A DNA stretch of 39,296 nucleotides from Candidatus Nanohalobium sp. (GTDB lineage Archaea > Nanohalarchaeota > Nanosalinia > Nanosalinales > Nanosalinaceae). Shown piece by piece: positions 27,295 through 36,104 of this stretch. The position numbers were made by a program, and so were the translations under genes. Numbering within the stretch: position 1 is the first letter of the stretch; each line of letters opens with the position of its first letter. The notes below the pieces were generated by a model, which searched no databases, was not told the DNA's origin, and saw only the letters and a list, made by a program, of their open reading frames with translations. The DNA lies in the NCBI GenBank assembly GCA_042217555.1, contig JBDGSL010000067.1:1-39296 (forward strand), read 5' to 3'.

Positions 27295-27918
27295 TTAACG
27301 TGCTCCTTCTGCTTCTCTTTCCTTTCTTTCCTTTGCTCTTACAGCCCTGATTTCGTTGTTGCCGTTGGCTGCCTCTCTTATCTCTTCGGTTAGTGTGTCG
27401 ACGGCGTTTTCTGTTTCGGCCAGGCGTTTCTCGTACGCGCCCTGTACCAGTAGCCGCAGTGCGAAGTCCACTCTTCTCTGAGGGCTCATTATGACTGCTT
27501 TCCTTGCTCGTGCTCCTCCTCTCTGGTATGTTACTACTTCTTCGACAGGTGCCGAGTTTTCGATTGCGTCGACAAGGACCTGGATCGGGTTCTCTCCTGT
27601 TTCTTCGTGGATGTTGTCGAATACTTCTTCTATAGTGTTCCAGAGTTTTTCACTGGCTCCGGCGTTGTGGCCTGAGGTGATGTAGTGTTTGTTCCCTCTG
27701 TGACCTGCGACGTACATGTGGGTCAACAAGCGTTCTGTGATTGGTACGTCAGCTTTGTAGAACTGTCTTTCTGTATGTCTTCCTTTTGACCTGGGTGCGA
27801 GAATGTTTTCCAGGTTGATGTATCTTACAAGTCCGTCGTCACTTATCTCTACTTCTTCTGCGTCGTATTTTCCGAAGGTCAGTACCTTGTCCTCTACCTC
27901 GATCTCTGCTACACTCAT
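27295..27918 (-). CDS. rps7: 30S ribosomal protein uS7
   Basis: Motifs ENPIQVLVDAIEN and SPQRRVD.ALR; position between rps12 and fusA. Confidence 0.96.
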   Translation of the reverse strand: MSVAEIEVEDKVLTFGKYDAEEVEISDDGLVRYINLENILAPRSKGRHTERQFYKADVPITERLLTHMYVAGHRGNKHYITSGHNAGASEKLWNTIEEVFDNIHEETGENPIQVLVDAIENSAPVEEVVTYQRGGARARKAVIMSPQRRVDFALRLLVQGAYEKRLAETENAVDTLTEEIREAANGNNEIRAVRAKERKEREAEGAR

Positions 27919-27922
27919 TTTA

Positions 27923-28345
27923 TCACCTTGTTGGTTTCTGCTGGTTTCCTCTTACCAGTTCTTTCAGGCTGACACCGTTGACTTTGATGACTTTGTATCG
28001 TACGGTTGGGATGTCTCCTTTTGGCCCTGCGTCTGCTCCTCCGATTCCTTCGATCATTACTTCGTCGTGTTCGTCGATGTGGTCGATTGCTCCGTCTCCG
28101 GGAACAAACGCTGTCAACTGTTTACCGTTTTTAAGGAGCTGTACACGGACACATTTACGTAGTGCGGAGTTAGGCTGCTTTGCTTCAATTATTCTCTTTT
28201 CTAGTACGATTCCACGACCCTGTGGACTTCCCTCTAAGGGGTCTGCTTTTTCTTTGAGGTTAAGCATCCTTCTTTTGTAGTCCTTGTCGCTCCAGCGGTA
28301 CTGCTGGCGTTTCTTTCTCATCTTCCGTGCGTTGTACAAGCCCAT
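27923..28345 (-). CDS. rps12: 30S ribosomal protein uS12
   Basis: Motifs [17 protein letters not shown] and AFVPGDGA. Confidence 0.98.
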   Translation of the reverse strand: MGLYNARKMRKKRQQYRWSDKDYKRRMLNLKEKADPLEGSPQGRGIVLEKRIIEAKQPNSALRKCVRVQLLKNGKQLTAFVPGDGAIDHIDEHDEVMIEGIGGADAGPKGDIPTVRYKVIKVNGVSLKELVRGNQQKPTR

Positions 28346-28360
28346 ACCTTACCCGGTGAA

Positions 28361-28376
28361 GTTAAACTTTTTATAC
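28361..28376 (-). promoter_or_regulatory. Promoter (BRE/TATA-like) of rps12-rps7
   Basis: GTATAAAAAGTTTAAC on the minus strand, 16-31 nt upstream of ATG 28345. Confidence 0.45.
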
Positions 28377-28384
28377 TGGGTTGA

Positions 28385-29962
28385 TTAGTTACTTTGTCTG
28401 TATAAATACAGGCCTATTGCCAGTTCTGCCAGGCCGATGTAGAGTAGTTCGCGGCTGATCACTGAGCCTGTAATGAGTAGTGTGGACGATCCTATCAGGA
28501 GTATTGGTATCAGTGGTGTCTTTGTTGAATCGACTTTTACTTCGTGTCTGTGTTCGCCTGATATGCCTGTTTCAAGGTTGTGGTTTATCTTCTCCGGCAG
28601 CTTTGTGATCACGTCCTGGTTCTGGATCAGGTTGAGGGCGAGGTTCTTCATCATGGTTTGAGGGTTGTTCTGTTCGATCAGGAGTTTTTCCACCTGTTCT
28701 CTGTAGGATTCCTGTGGTTTGAACTCCGGGTATATCTTTAATCCGATTCCTTCCATTGTCAGGAATCCTTTTCCGATTAACGTGATTCTGGTAGGGAGGT
28801 AGACGCCGCACTGTGCTGCCTTCATTGAGGTCTTTATGATTACTTTGCTGACGCTTTGCTCCTGTATCGTGGTGTTTCTCATCTTCAGGATCTGTGTCTG
28901 TACTTCTTCCTGCAACGTGTCAAGGTCTGCGTCATCTTCTACTCTGGAAAGTCTTTCGATAGTTTCCATCACGCCGTCTATATCCTCGTTTGATATCTGA
29001 AGCATCATCATTCCAAGTTCTCTCTGCGTCTTCTCTGTGATACGTGTCATCATGCCGAAGTCCAGGAAGACAAGGTTGCCGTCGTTATCCACCATGAAGT
29101 TGGACGGGTGAGGGTCGGCGTGAAGGAGGCCATCTCTCAGTATCTGTTTAAGCACTGATCTTATCCCGGTCCTGGCTACCTCCTCTTCATCGACCTCCAT
29201 GGCCTGTATATTTTCCACGTTGTCACATTTCACCGCGTCCACGTATTCCATTGTCAGGACTTTGTCGGTGCAGTATTTTCCGTAGGGTTCTGGCACCCTT
29301 ACGTTTTCCTCATCTCTCATGTTTTCCCTGAACTCTTCTATGTTCCTTCTCTCGTTCTTGAAGTCCAGTTCCTCTCTCGTCCACTCGGCAAACTCCTTGA
29401 CCTCGTTGTAGATAAAGTTTTCTCCCAGGTCGATGTGTTTGTCGGCCTTCTTCGCCAAGTACAGCAGTATATCCAGGTCTCGCTCGACTTCTTCCCTGAT
29501 ACCTGGTCTTCTGATCTTTACGACTACCTCTCTACCGTCTTCTAACCTGGCTTTATGCACCTGTGCTATCGAGGCTGCGGCCAATGGTTTCTCCTTGAAT
29601 CTGTCGAAGTTCTCCAGTCCTACTTCTTCATCCACTATCTTTTTGGCTTCATCAGGGTGGAATCCCTGTACGGAGTTCTGAAGCTTTGAAAGTTCATCGC
29701 AGTACTCTTCAGGTATCAGGTCAGGTCTCTCAGAAAGTATCTGTCCGAACTTGATGAAAACAGTGCCTAACTCTTCAAAAGTCTCTCTCAATCTTTCCGG
29801 TGCCGGCTTTGAATGCCTTTTTGCTCTAAGCCTTTTATGGATCGGCAAACGGCTGTCCAAGTCCAGTTTTTCGATTATGTAACCAAGCTGTTGTCTGAAA
29901 AGTATACCGACTACTTCTTCAAGTCTCTCAACTTTCTTGATATCTCCTTTCAGGTGGTTCAT
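28385..29962 (-). CDS. ABC1/UbiB/AarF atypical kinase with two C-terminal TM helices
   Basis: Motifs FIKFGQ.LS.RPD, AAASIAQVH, VVVKIRRP, EELDF, HADPHPSN and LDFGM. Confidence 0.93.
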   Translation of the reverse strand: MNHLKGDIKKVERLEEVVGILFRQQLGYIIEKLDLDSRLPIHKRLRAKRHSKPAPERLRETFEELGTVFIKFGQILSERPDLIPEEYCDELSKLQNSVQGFHPDEAKKIVDEEVGLENFDRFKEKPLAAASIAQVHKARLEDGREVVVKIRRPGIREEVERDLDILLYLAKKADKHIDLGENFIYNEVKEFAEWTREELDFKNERRNIEEFRENMRDEENVRVPEPYGKYCTDKVLTMEYVDAVKCDNVENIQAMEVDEEEVARTGIRSVLKQILRDGLLHADPHPSNFMVDNDGNLVFLDFGMMTRITEKTQRELGMMMLQISNEDIDGVMETIERLSRVEDDADLDTLQEEVQTQILKMRNTTIQEQSVSKVIIKTSMKAAQCGVYLPTRITLIGKGFLTMEGIGLKIYPEFKPQESYREQVEKLLIEQNNPQTMMKNLALNLIQNQDVITKLPEKINHNLETGISGEHRHEVKVDSTKTPLIPILLIGSSTLLITGSVISRELLYIGLAELAIGLYLYRQSN

Positions 29963-30002
29963 CTATAGAAGTGTTTTTGCCTGGCCGAAATTAAAGATTG
30001 TC

Positions 30003-30425
30003 TTATCTGACGGTTACTTCGTCAACGTTGTGTGTTCTCCTGAGTATGTCCCTGATTGCGTCGATGTTCTCTCCGTCTTTCCCGACCAGTCTGCCCTTGT
30101 TGTCGTTGGAGACATTGATCTCAACCCTTTTTCCGTCTTCATCGTCCTCTATGTCAAGGCTTCTGATGTCGACAGGTACCAGGTTGTTGACGAATGCTCC
30201 CAGGTTGTCGTTGTACTCGAAGATCTTCACGTCTTTACCGAGCTGGTTCTGGACTTTTTGAACTACTTTCCCTCCTTTCCCTATAGCCATCCCTGCCTTT
30301 CCTTCCGGTACAATGAAGTAGGCTTCATCCTCTTTCATTAGGCAGTCCCTGGCCTCTACATCTGTAAGGGATTCGAACATGTTGAGGGTACGGATCATGT
30401 CTGTGTCGTATGTTGCTGTTGCCAT
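30003..30425 (-). CDS. nusA: Archaeal NusA (two KH domains)
   Basis: Motifs AIGKGG and LVGKDGENI; position after rpo1C. Confidence 0.93.
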   Translation of the reverse strand: MATATYDTDMIRTLNMFESLTDVEARDCLMKEDEAYFIVPEGKAGMAIGKGGKVVQKVQNQLGKDVKIFEYNDNLGAFVNNLVPVDIRSLDIEDDEDGKRVEINVSNDNKGRLVGKDGENIDAIRDILRRTHNVDEVTVR

Positions 30426-30509
30426 CTAATTAATCACGTTAAAATGTGAGAATTGTCTTTTCTGCGTAAAAACAAAATAGTCCCCTGATTTTATAAATGG
30501 GAAGGAGGT

Positions 30510-31631
30510 TCACTCCTCCTCACCTCCGAATTTTGGCTTCAGGTCCACGGACCCGGTACCTACAGGTACGGGTTGGCCTGTTACGATGTTTTCGACTACG
30601 CCTTCCAGAGGATCTGTTTCTCCGTGAAGCGTTCCCTCTCTCAGGTGTTTCTTCGTCTCCTCGAAGACTGCACGGGCGAGAAGAGAGTCTTTCTCTCCGA
30701 CAAGGCCGTAACGTGTGGTTCCCTGAAGTTCTCCCTCACGTGTCATCATGTCAGCGAGAAGCATGATATGCCTGTCGTCAACTCCGATTCCCTGTTTCTC
30801 CAGTGTTTCATTCACTTCGTCGATTATCTTTCTTCTCAGGGCTTCTACTCCGAGCACTCTTTTGATCTCGAAGAGATGGTTCGAAGTTGTCCTGGTGTCA
30901 TCTACTTCCTTCATCTTCAAGGTCTTTCTCAAGGCGGTTCCTGCGGTCTGAAGCTGCCAGTCACCGTCGTCTTCGTTGATGACAACCTGGTCGATGCCTT
31001 TGAGACCTTTGATCCTTGCCTCTTCTGTATCGTTCTTCAGGTCTTTCAGGTCTCTCAGGTCGTAGTCATCTTCAGATGATTCAAGGACGATCTTGTTTCC
31101 GTCGATCGTGATCTTGGCCTTCCTGACATCTTCTTTAACTCTCTGCTTGACATCTTCCATGTCAACGTCGTAGTCCTCTAGGAGGTCTTCGTTCAGGACG
31201 TACTCTACGTTCAGCTGCATGATGTCGATTGTATCCTGCTTTACAAGGTCTTCGAACTTGATCTCTCTCAGTTTCCTTGCTACATCCTTTGCGTCTTCCT
31301 CGTTGTTGTAATCCTCGTTGAGGTATACTTCCATGGAAGGGGTCTTCGGCTCTCTGCGGGCGTCCACGATCTCTATAAGACGTGGAAGACCTGCTGTAAG
31401 ATCGACCTGTGCGCCTCCAGCCTGGTGGTATGTTTCCATAGTCAGCTGTGTAGCAGGTTCGGAAAGTGACTGTGCAGCGACGATACCGATGGCCTCCCCT
31501 GGTTCGTACTGCATGTCCTCGTATCTTTCGTGGAGTTTTTCTCTTGTCTCCTGGTCAAGCCCTAGACCCTGATACTTCTCAGGTAGCTCTTCCGTCCTAT
31601 CCTTCCAGTGAAGTTCTTCGTTATCAGTCAT
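30510..31631 (-). CDS. rpo1C: RNA polymerase subunit A'' (Rpo1C)
   Basis: Motifs [38 protein letters not shown] and [18 protein letters not shown]. Confidence 0.98.
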   Translation of the reverse strand: MTDNEELHWKDRTEELPEKYQGLGLDQETREKLHERYEDMQYEPGEAIGIVAAQSLSEPATQLTMETYHQAGGAQVDLTAGLPRLIEIVDARREPKTPSMEVYLNEDYNNEEDAKDVARKLREIKFEDLVKQDTIDIMQLNVEYVLNEDLLEDYDVDMEDVKQRVKEDVRKAKITIDGNKIVLESSEDDYDLRDLKDLKNDTEEARIKGLKGIDQVVINEDDGDWQLQTAGTALRKTLKMKEVDDTRTTSNHLFEIKRVLGVEALRRKIIDEVNETLEKQGIGVDDRHIMLLADMMTREGELQGTTRYGLVGEKDSLLARAVFEETKKHLREGTLHGETDPLEGVVENIVTGQPVPVGTGSVDLKPKFGGEEE

Positions 31632-31643
31632 TTTTGATCACCT

Positions 31644-34124
31644 CTAGTTCTGAGATGTGGAGATGTTTGTCGAGATTTTACCTCTGTCAGACTTCTGCGG
31701 ATCAATACCGTCTTCTCCTGCACGGAACTGGACGATATCTCCCTGTGCATTCCTGACTGTCTGATCGTACTCAACCTTCAGGTCCTGCAACGCATTTGAA
31801 ACCCGGCGATACATGTATCCGGAAGTCTTCGTGTTCAGTGACTTGTCGGCCAGCGCCTTCCGCTGACTCATCTGGTGGAAAAACATCTCCTGTGCGTCAA
31901 GACCTTCCAGGATGCTGGAGGATACAAATCCACGTGACTTCGCGGAAAGCTCTCCTTCCTTGAAATGGCTGAGAGTACGGTTCTTGTATCCTCTTACTAT
32001 CCTCGTGTCACGTACAGAGTTCTGACCCAGTAGCCCTGCCATTGTCGTAACGTTCTGCATCGATCCACGTGCTCCTGAGTCGGCCATGACGTAAGCCGAG
32101 CTTTCCTCACTGAAGTAATCGTTTATGATGTCGCTGACCTCTGTGAAAGCACTGTTCAAGGCTTTATTGATACGTATCTCCCGGGACTCTTCCAGTGTCT
32201 TTCCTGTGATGGCCTCCATCTTGCCGGCTTCGTACTCTTTGAGAATTTCCTCTGTGTCATCAAGAGAGTCCTCGATGACGTCCTGGATCTTCTCCGTTGC
32301 CTCTTCAGGTACTTCAAGATCTTCAAGGCCGATACTGAAACCTCTCTTCGTCAGGAAGATTGCTCCAACCCTTGAGACACGGTTCAAGAACTCTGCGACC
32401 TTATCACTGCCGTACTCTATGTCAAGCTGCTGGATTATCTCTCCACCGTAGTCTCCCAGCGCGTCCTCATCCAGTACGCCTTTCTTCAACTGTCCGTCCT
32501 CTATAACTACTTCGTTTTCCTCTCCCTCGTTTATAGTCAAGGAGATATCATCCGGGATGAAGATCGAGACAAGGTCTCTTCCGGATACTTCCTCTCCGTC
32601 AGGCAGGTCTTTCTCATGTTCTCCTGCATCAGCAAGAAGATTGAACGCTTTTTCACGGGAAACTGTCTTATCTTCCTGAGTCAACAGGTAAAGCCCTGAT
32701 ACGTAGTCCTGAAGCATTCCCACGATAGGCCCTCCCATCTTTGGGGATTTAACGTGTTCCTGCACCTGCATAAGCTCCTCTGCCTCTGCACGTGCCTCTT
32801 CTGTCTGTGGAACATGCAGGTTCATCTCGTCTCCGTCGAAGTCTGCGTTGTAAGGTGCACATACGTTCAGGTTCAACCTGAAGGTTCTATGCGGTAGTAC
32901 TCTGACCTTGTGAGCCATGATTGACATCCTGTGCAGGGATGGCTGACGGTTGAACAGTACTGTGTCGTCGTCCCTGATATGTCTCTCAACTTTCCATCCT
33001 TCTCCGGGTTCAACCGCCTCTTTGATGTCTTCAAGGTTTTCCTCAGTCAGTCTTCTCCTGTTTCCATCCGGCTGGAACACGTAGTTTGCGCCTGGATGCG
33101 TGTCAGGCCCGTTTTCTATCCATTCCATCGCCTGATCATAGTTTCTTTCCGTGACTTCTACAGGCACGGTCAGTTTCTTGGCGATCACGTTGGGAACGCC
33201 AACCTCGTTGATACCGATGTTTGGATCAGGGCTGATTACTGTACGGGCGGAGAAGTTGACACGCTTTCCGATAAGGTTCTGCCTGAAACGGCCTTCCTTA
33301 CCCTGTACACGTTCAATCAGTGATTTCAGTGATCTTCCTGACCGGTGTCTTGCCGGTGGAACGCTACTCATGTCGTTGTAGAACAGTGTCGCGACATGGT
33401 ACTGCAGTAGTTCGTGAAGGTCGTCGATGATGAAGTCAGGAGCTTCAATTTCAATATTGTTCTGCAGTCTCTTGTTGATCCTGATCACGTCAACAAGTTT
33501 GTGTGTGATGTCGTCTTCTGATCTCTCCCCTGTCTCCAGCGTGATCGAAGGTCTCATTGTCACCGGTGGAACAGGCAGATGTGTAAGAATCAGGTCTTCC
33601 GGACGGCAGCCTTCTACTCCCAGTTTGGCTGCTATCTCATCAGGAATCTGTTCCAGCCATTCCTGTATGTCCTGCGGCTTCAGTTTCTCACCGTCACGGT
33701 AGTAAGTATAAGGTTTCTCAAAGTCGATGTCCGGTACCTCTTCCCCTGTTTCCGGGTCCTCTGTCATCCTGTTGGACTTTCTCAATGACTTTTCCTCATC
33801 CTTCAAGAGACAGGAAACGCTGCCGTCGTCGTGGATATTGGTGAACCTGAGAAGGTTACGAACTTTTTTCGCATACAGCACGTGTACAACAGGCCGGCTC
33901 AAGGTGATTATGCCGAAGTGTCCTTTACACTCTCTTATCTTCCCTCCACATGTCTGACATGTCATTCCTGGATCGATAACTCCGAGTGCTGGATCCATCA
34001 CTCCATCCTCGACAGGATATCCGTCTGCGTCGTAGACCTCTGCCTGATCGATCTCCTTAACGGCGATGTTCTGGAGTTTTTCTGCGTTCATTACTCCGAA
34101 GTCAAGTTCTTTGATATTCTTCAT
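31644..34124 (-). CDS. rpo1N: RNA polymerase subunit A' (Rpo1N)
   Basis: Catalytic NADFDGDEMN, plus GKRVNFSARTVI, NRQPSLH and CQTCG..C.GH. Confidence 0.99.
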   Translation of the reverse strand: MKNIKELDFGVMNAEKLQNIAVKEIDQAEVYDADGYPVEDGVMDPALGVIDPGMTCQTCGGKIRECKGHFGIITLSRPVVHVLYAKKVRNLLRFTNIHDDGSVSCLLKDEEKSLRKSNRMTEDPETGEEVPDIDFEKPYTYYRDGEKLKPQDIQEWLEQIPDEIAAKLGVEGCRPEDLILTHLPVPPVTMRPSITLETGERSEDDITHKLVDVIRINKRLQNNIEIEAPDFIIDDLHELLQYHVATLFYNDMSSVPPARHRSGRSLKSLIERVQGKEGRFRQNLIGKRVNFSARTVISPDPNIGINEVGVPNVIAKKLTVPVEVTERNYDQAMEWIENGPDTHPGANYVFQPDGNRRRLTEENLEDIKEAVEPGEGWKVERHIRDDDTVLFNRQPSLHRMSIMAHKVRVLPHRTFRLNLNVCAPYNADFDGDEMNLHVPQTEEARAEAEELMQVQEHVKSPKMGGPIVGMLQDYVSGLYLLTQEDKTVSREKAFNLLADAGEHEKDLPDGEEVSGRDLVSIFIPDDISLTINEGEENEVVIEDGQLKKGVLDEDALGDYGGEIIQQLDIEYGSDKVAEFLNRVSRVGAIFLTKRGFSIGLEDLEVPEEATEKIQDVIEDSLDDTEEILKEYEAGKMEAITGKTLEESREIRINKALNSAFTEVSDIINDYFSEESSAYVMADSGARGSMQNVTTMAGLLGQNSVRDTRIVRGYKNRTLSHFKEGELSAKSRGFVSSSILEGLDAQEMFFHQMSQRKALADKSLNTKTSGYMYRRVSNALQDLKVEYDQTVRNAQGDIVQFRAGEDGIDPQKSDRGKISTNISTSQN

Positions 34125-34210
34125 TGTTCAATGACACCTCTGGTGTCGGTGAACTGAGAAAATGAATTTTTTGCAGGAAAATTTCTTGAAATTTTCATTT
34201 TCGGCCACCT

Positions 34211-36010
34211 CTAGTTGTCCTCCAGCTCGATCTCTGTATCCATCATCATTGATTTCAACTCGTTCATCAGCAGGAGGAACGCATGTGGTATCTCTGTCTC
34301 TTCAAGATCTCCTGAACCACAGTTCGGACAGTAGTGTTCGTTCTCCTTCCTGTCATAGACTCCTATCTCTCCACAGTTGTCACAGACCTCAATCTCTGTG
34401 GAATCGGCTCCGAACCGTTCCTTAAGCAGTAGACTGGCTCCGTGCCCCACGAAGACATCCTTTTCCATCTCTCCAAGTCTGAGGCCTCCTTCCTGGCTTC
34501 TTCCCTCGGTAGGCTGCTTGGTTAGGAGAGTGACCGGGCCACGAGCTCTTGCGTGGACCTTGTCTCCGACCATGTGGCTTAGCTTCAGGTAGAAGCCTGG
34601 ACCGATCATTATCTCTGCTTCCATTTCCTCTCCGGTGATCCCGTTGTACATGGTCTCTTTTCCGGAGGATTCGAAGCCTAGTTCTTCAAGCTGGTCTCTC
34701 AGCTTGTCTTTGTCTTCGTTGTGGTATGCTGTTCCATCAACAGGTTCACCTCTCAGTGCGCCGACTTTTCCACCGATCAGTTCGATTATCTGCGAGACTG
34801 TCATACGGCTTGGGATGGCGTGTGTCGAGAGGATCATGTCCGGTGTGATTCCCTGCCTGGTGAAAGGCATGTTTTCTTCCGGTGCAAGCATTCCAACTGT
34901 TCCCTTCTGTCCGTGTCTGGTTGCGAACTTGTCTCCCAGTTCCGGGATACGATACTCTCTCATCTTTGTCTTGATGAGTTTGTCTCCGTCTCCTGTCTCT
35001 GAAACCATTACCTTGTCGACCTTGCCCTGTTCTCCGTGTCTTACTGTCAGGCTTGTTTCTCTTCTGTCTGCGAGTCCCATCTGTACCTCTTCCCCGCCTC
35101 CGGATCCAAGGAACTTTGGAGGAGAAGTCTTTCCGACAAGTACATCGTCAGAGTCGACCTCTGTCTCAGGGTTGGCCAGTCCATCTTCATCCAGGTGTGT
35201 ATATACTTCCTCTCTTCTGTACCCTCTCACGTCCTTGTCTGGGATGCCGATCTCGTCTTTCTGGCCTCCCCAGTAACGCTGTGCCTCTGTCTTGTAGGTA
35301 CGCATGTAGGTGCTTCTTCCAAGTCCTCTGTCGACGCTTGCCTCATTCATGATCACTGCGTCCTCGATGTTGTAACCGTCGAACGAGGCAAGTGCGATAA
35401 CCATGTTCTGCCCGATAGGGTGGTCGCCGATAATCGTGTCGTATGTATTGGTTTCGACGATCGGCTGCTGTCCGTAAGTCAGTATGTTTGACCTGGTGTT
35501 GAACCTCTGGTGGAAGTCTCTGGAAGGCATTCCAAGTCCCTGTCCTGCCATCTTTGCACCGAAGTTAACACGGTCACCACGGTTGTGTTCCGGGTAGACA
35601 GTAAGTGAGGCCGAGAGGCCGTTGATGATCTCCGGGTCGATCTCAAGATGTGTATGCTCTTCTGTGACTTCTTCTCTGTCCATGGCTACGTAGGCGTTTT
35701 CCTCTTCCTCGGCGTCCATGTACTCGATCTTTCCTTCCTCTTCAAAGTCCTCAAGAGTTACTTCTCCCTCTGCCAGTTCCTCAACGTCATCCTCAGACAG
35801 CTGTGGCTCACCGTCTTCAACAATTATAACAGGTCTGAGAACCCTTCCGGCATCCGTGTTCACACGGATCTCATCCCTGTCCTCAGCGTAGTGAACGGAG
35901 ACCTCTTTCTCTATCTCTCCGTTACGCCTTTTCTCAATGATTTTCTCCCGGACTTCCTCCGGGTCCTCTATATCTCCGATGATCTGGCCGTCCAGGAATA
36001 CGTCAGTCAC
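34211..36010 (-). CDS. rpo2C: RNA polymerase subunit B' (Rpo2C)
   Basis: Motifs GYNIEDA, GDKFATRHGQKG, GGLRLGEME and a C-terminal Zn ribbon. GTG start after GAGGTG. Confidence 0.98.
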   Translation of the reverse strand: MTDVFLDGQIIGDIEDPEEVREKIIEKRRNGEIEKEVSVHYAEDRDEIRVNTDAGRVLRPVIIVEDGEPQLSEDDVEELAEGEVTLEDFEEEGKIEYMDAEEEENAYVAMDREEVTEEHTHLEIDPEIINGLSASLTVYPEHNRGDRVNFGAKMAGQGLGMPSRDFHQRFNTRSNILTYGQQPIVETNTYDTIIGDHPIGQNMVIALASFDGYNIEDAVIMNEASVDRGLGRSTYMRTYKTEAQRYWGGQKDEIGIPDKDVRGYRREEVYTHLDEDGLANPETEVDSDDVLVGKTSPPKFLGSGGGEEVQMGLADRRETSLTVRHGEQGKVDKVMVSETGDGDKLIKTKMREYRIPELGDKFATRHGQKGTVGMLAPEENMPFTRQGITPDMILSTHAIPSRMTVSQIIELIGGKVGALRGEPVDGTAYHNEDKDKLRDQLEELGFESSGKETMYNGITGEEMEAEIMIGPGFYLKLSHMVGDKVHARARGPVTLLTKQPTEGRSQEGGLRLGEMEKDVFVGHGASLLLKERFGADSTEIEVCDNCGEIGVYDRKENEHYCPNCGSGDLEETEIPHAFLLLMNELKSMMMDTEIELEDN

Positions 36011-36090
36011 TACCTGAACACCTCTTTCGAAGTATTTACATCCAGGTTTCCAGTTTCAAAGCAATTCTCCATAGTATGATCTGTTTTCAT
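36010..36090 (-). CDS. Candidate 26-aa micro-ORF between rpo2N and rpo2C
   Basis: GGAGGT SD 8 nt before ATG 36090; MKTDHTMENCFETGNLDVNTSKEVFR; TAG overlaps the rpo2C GTG (TAGTG). Confidence 0.4.
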   Translation of the reverse strand: MKTDHTMENCFETGNLDVNTSKEVFR

Positions 36091-36104
36091 CACGAAAAAC
36101 CTCC

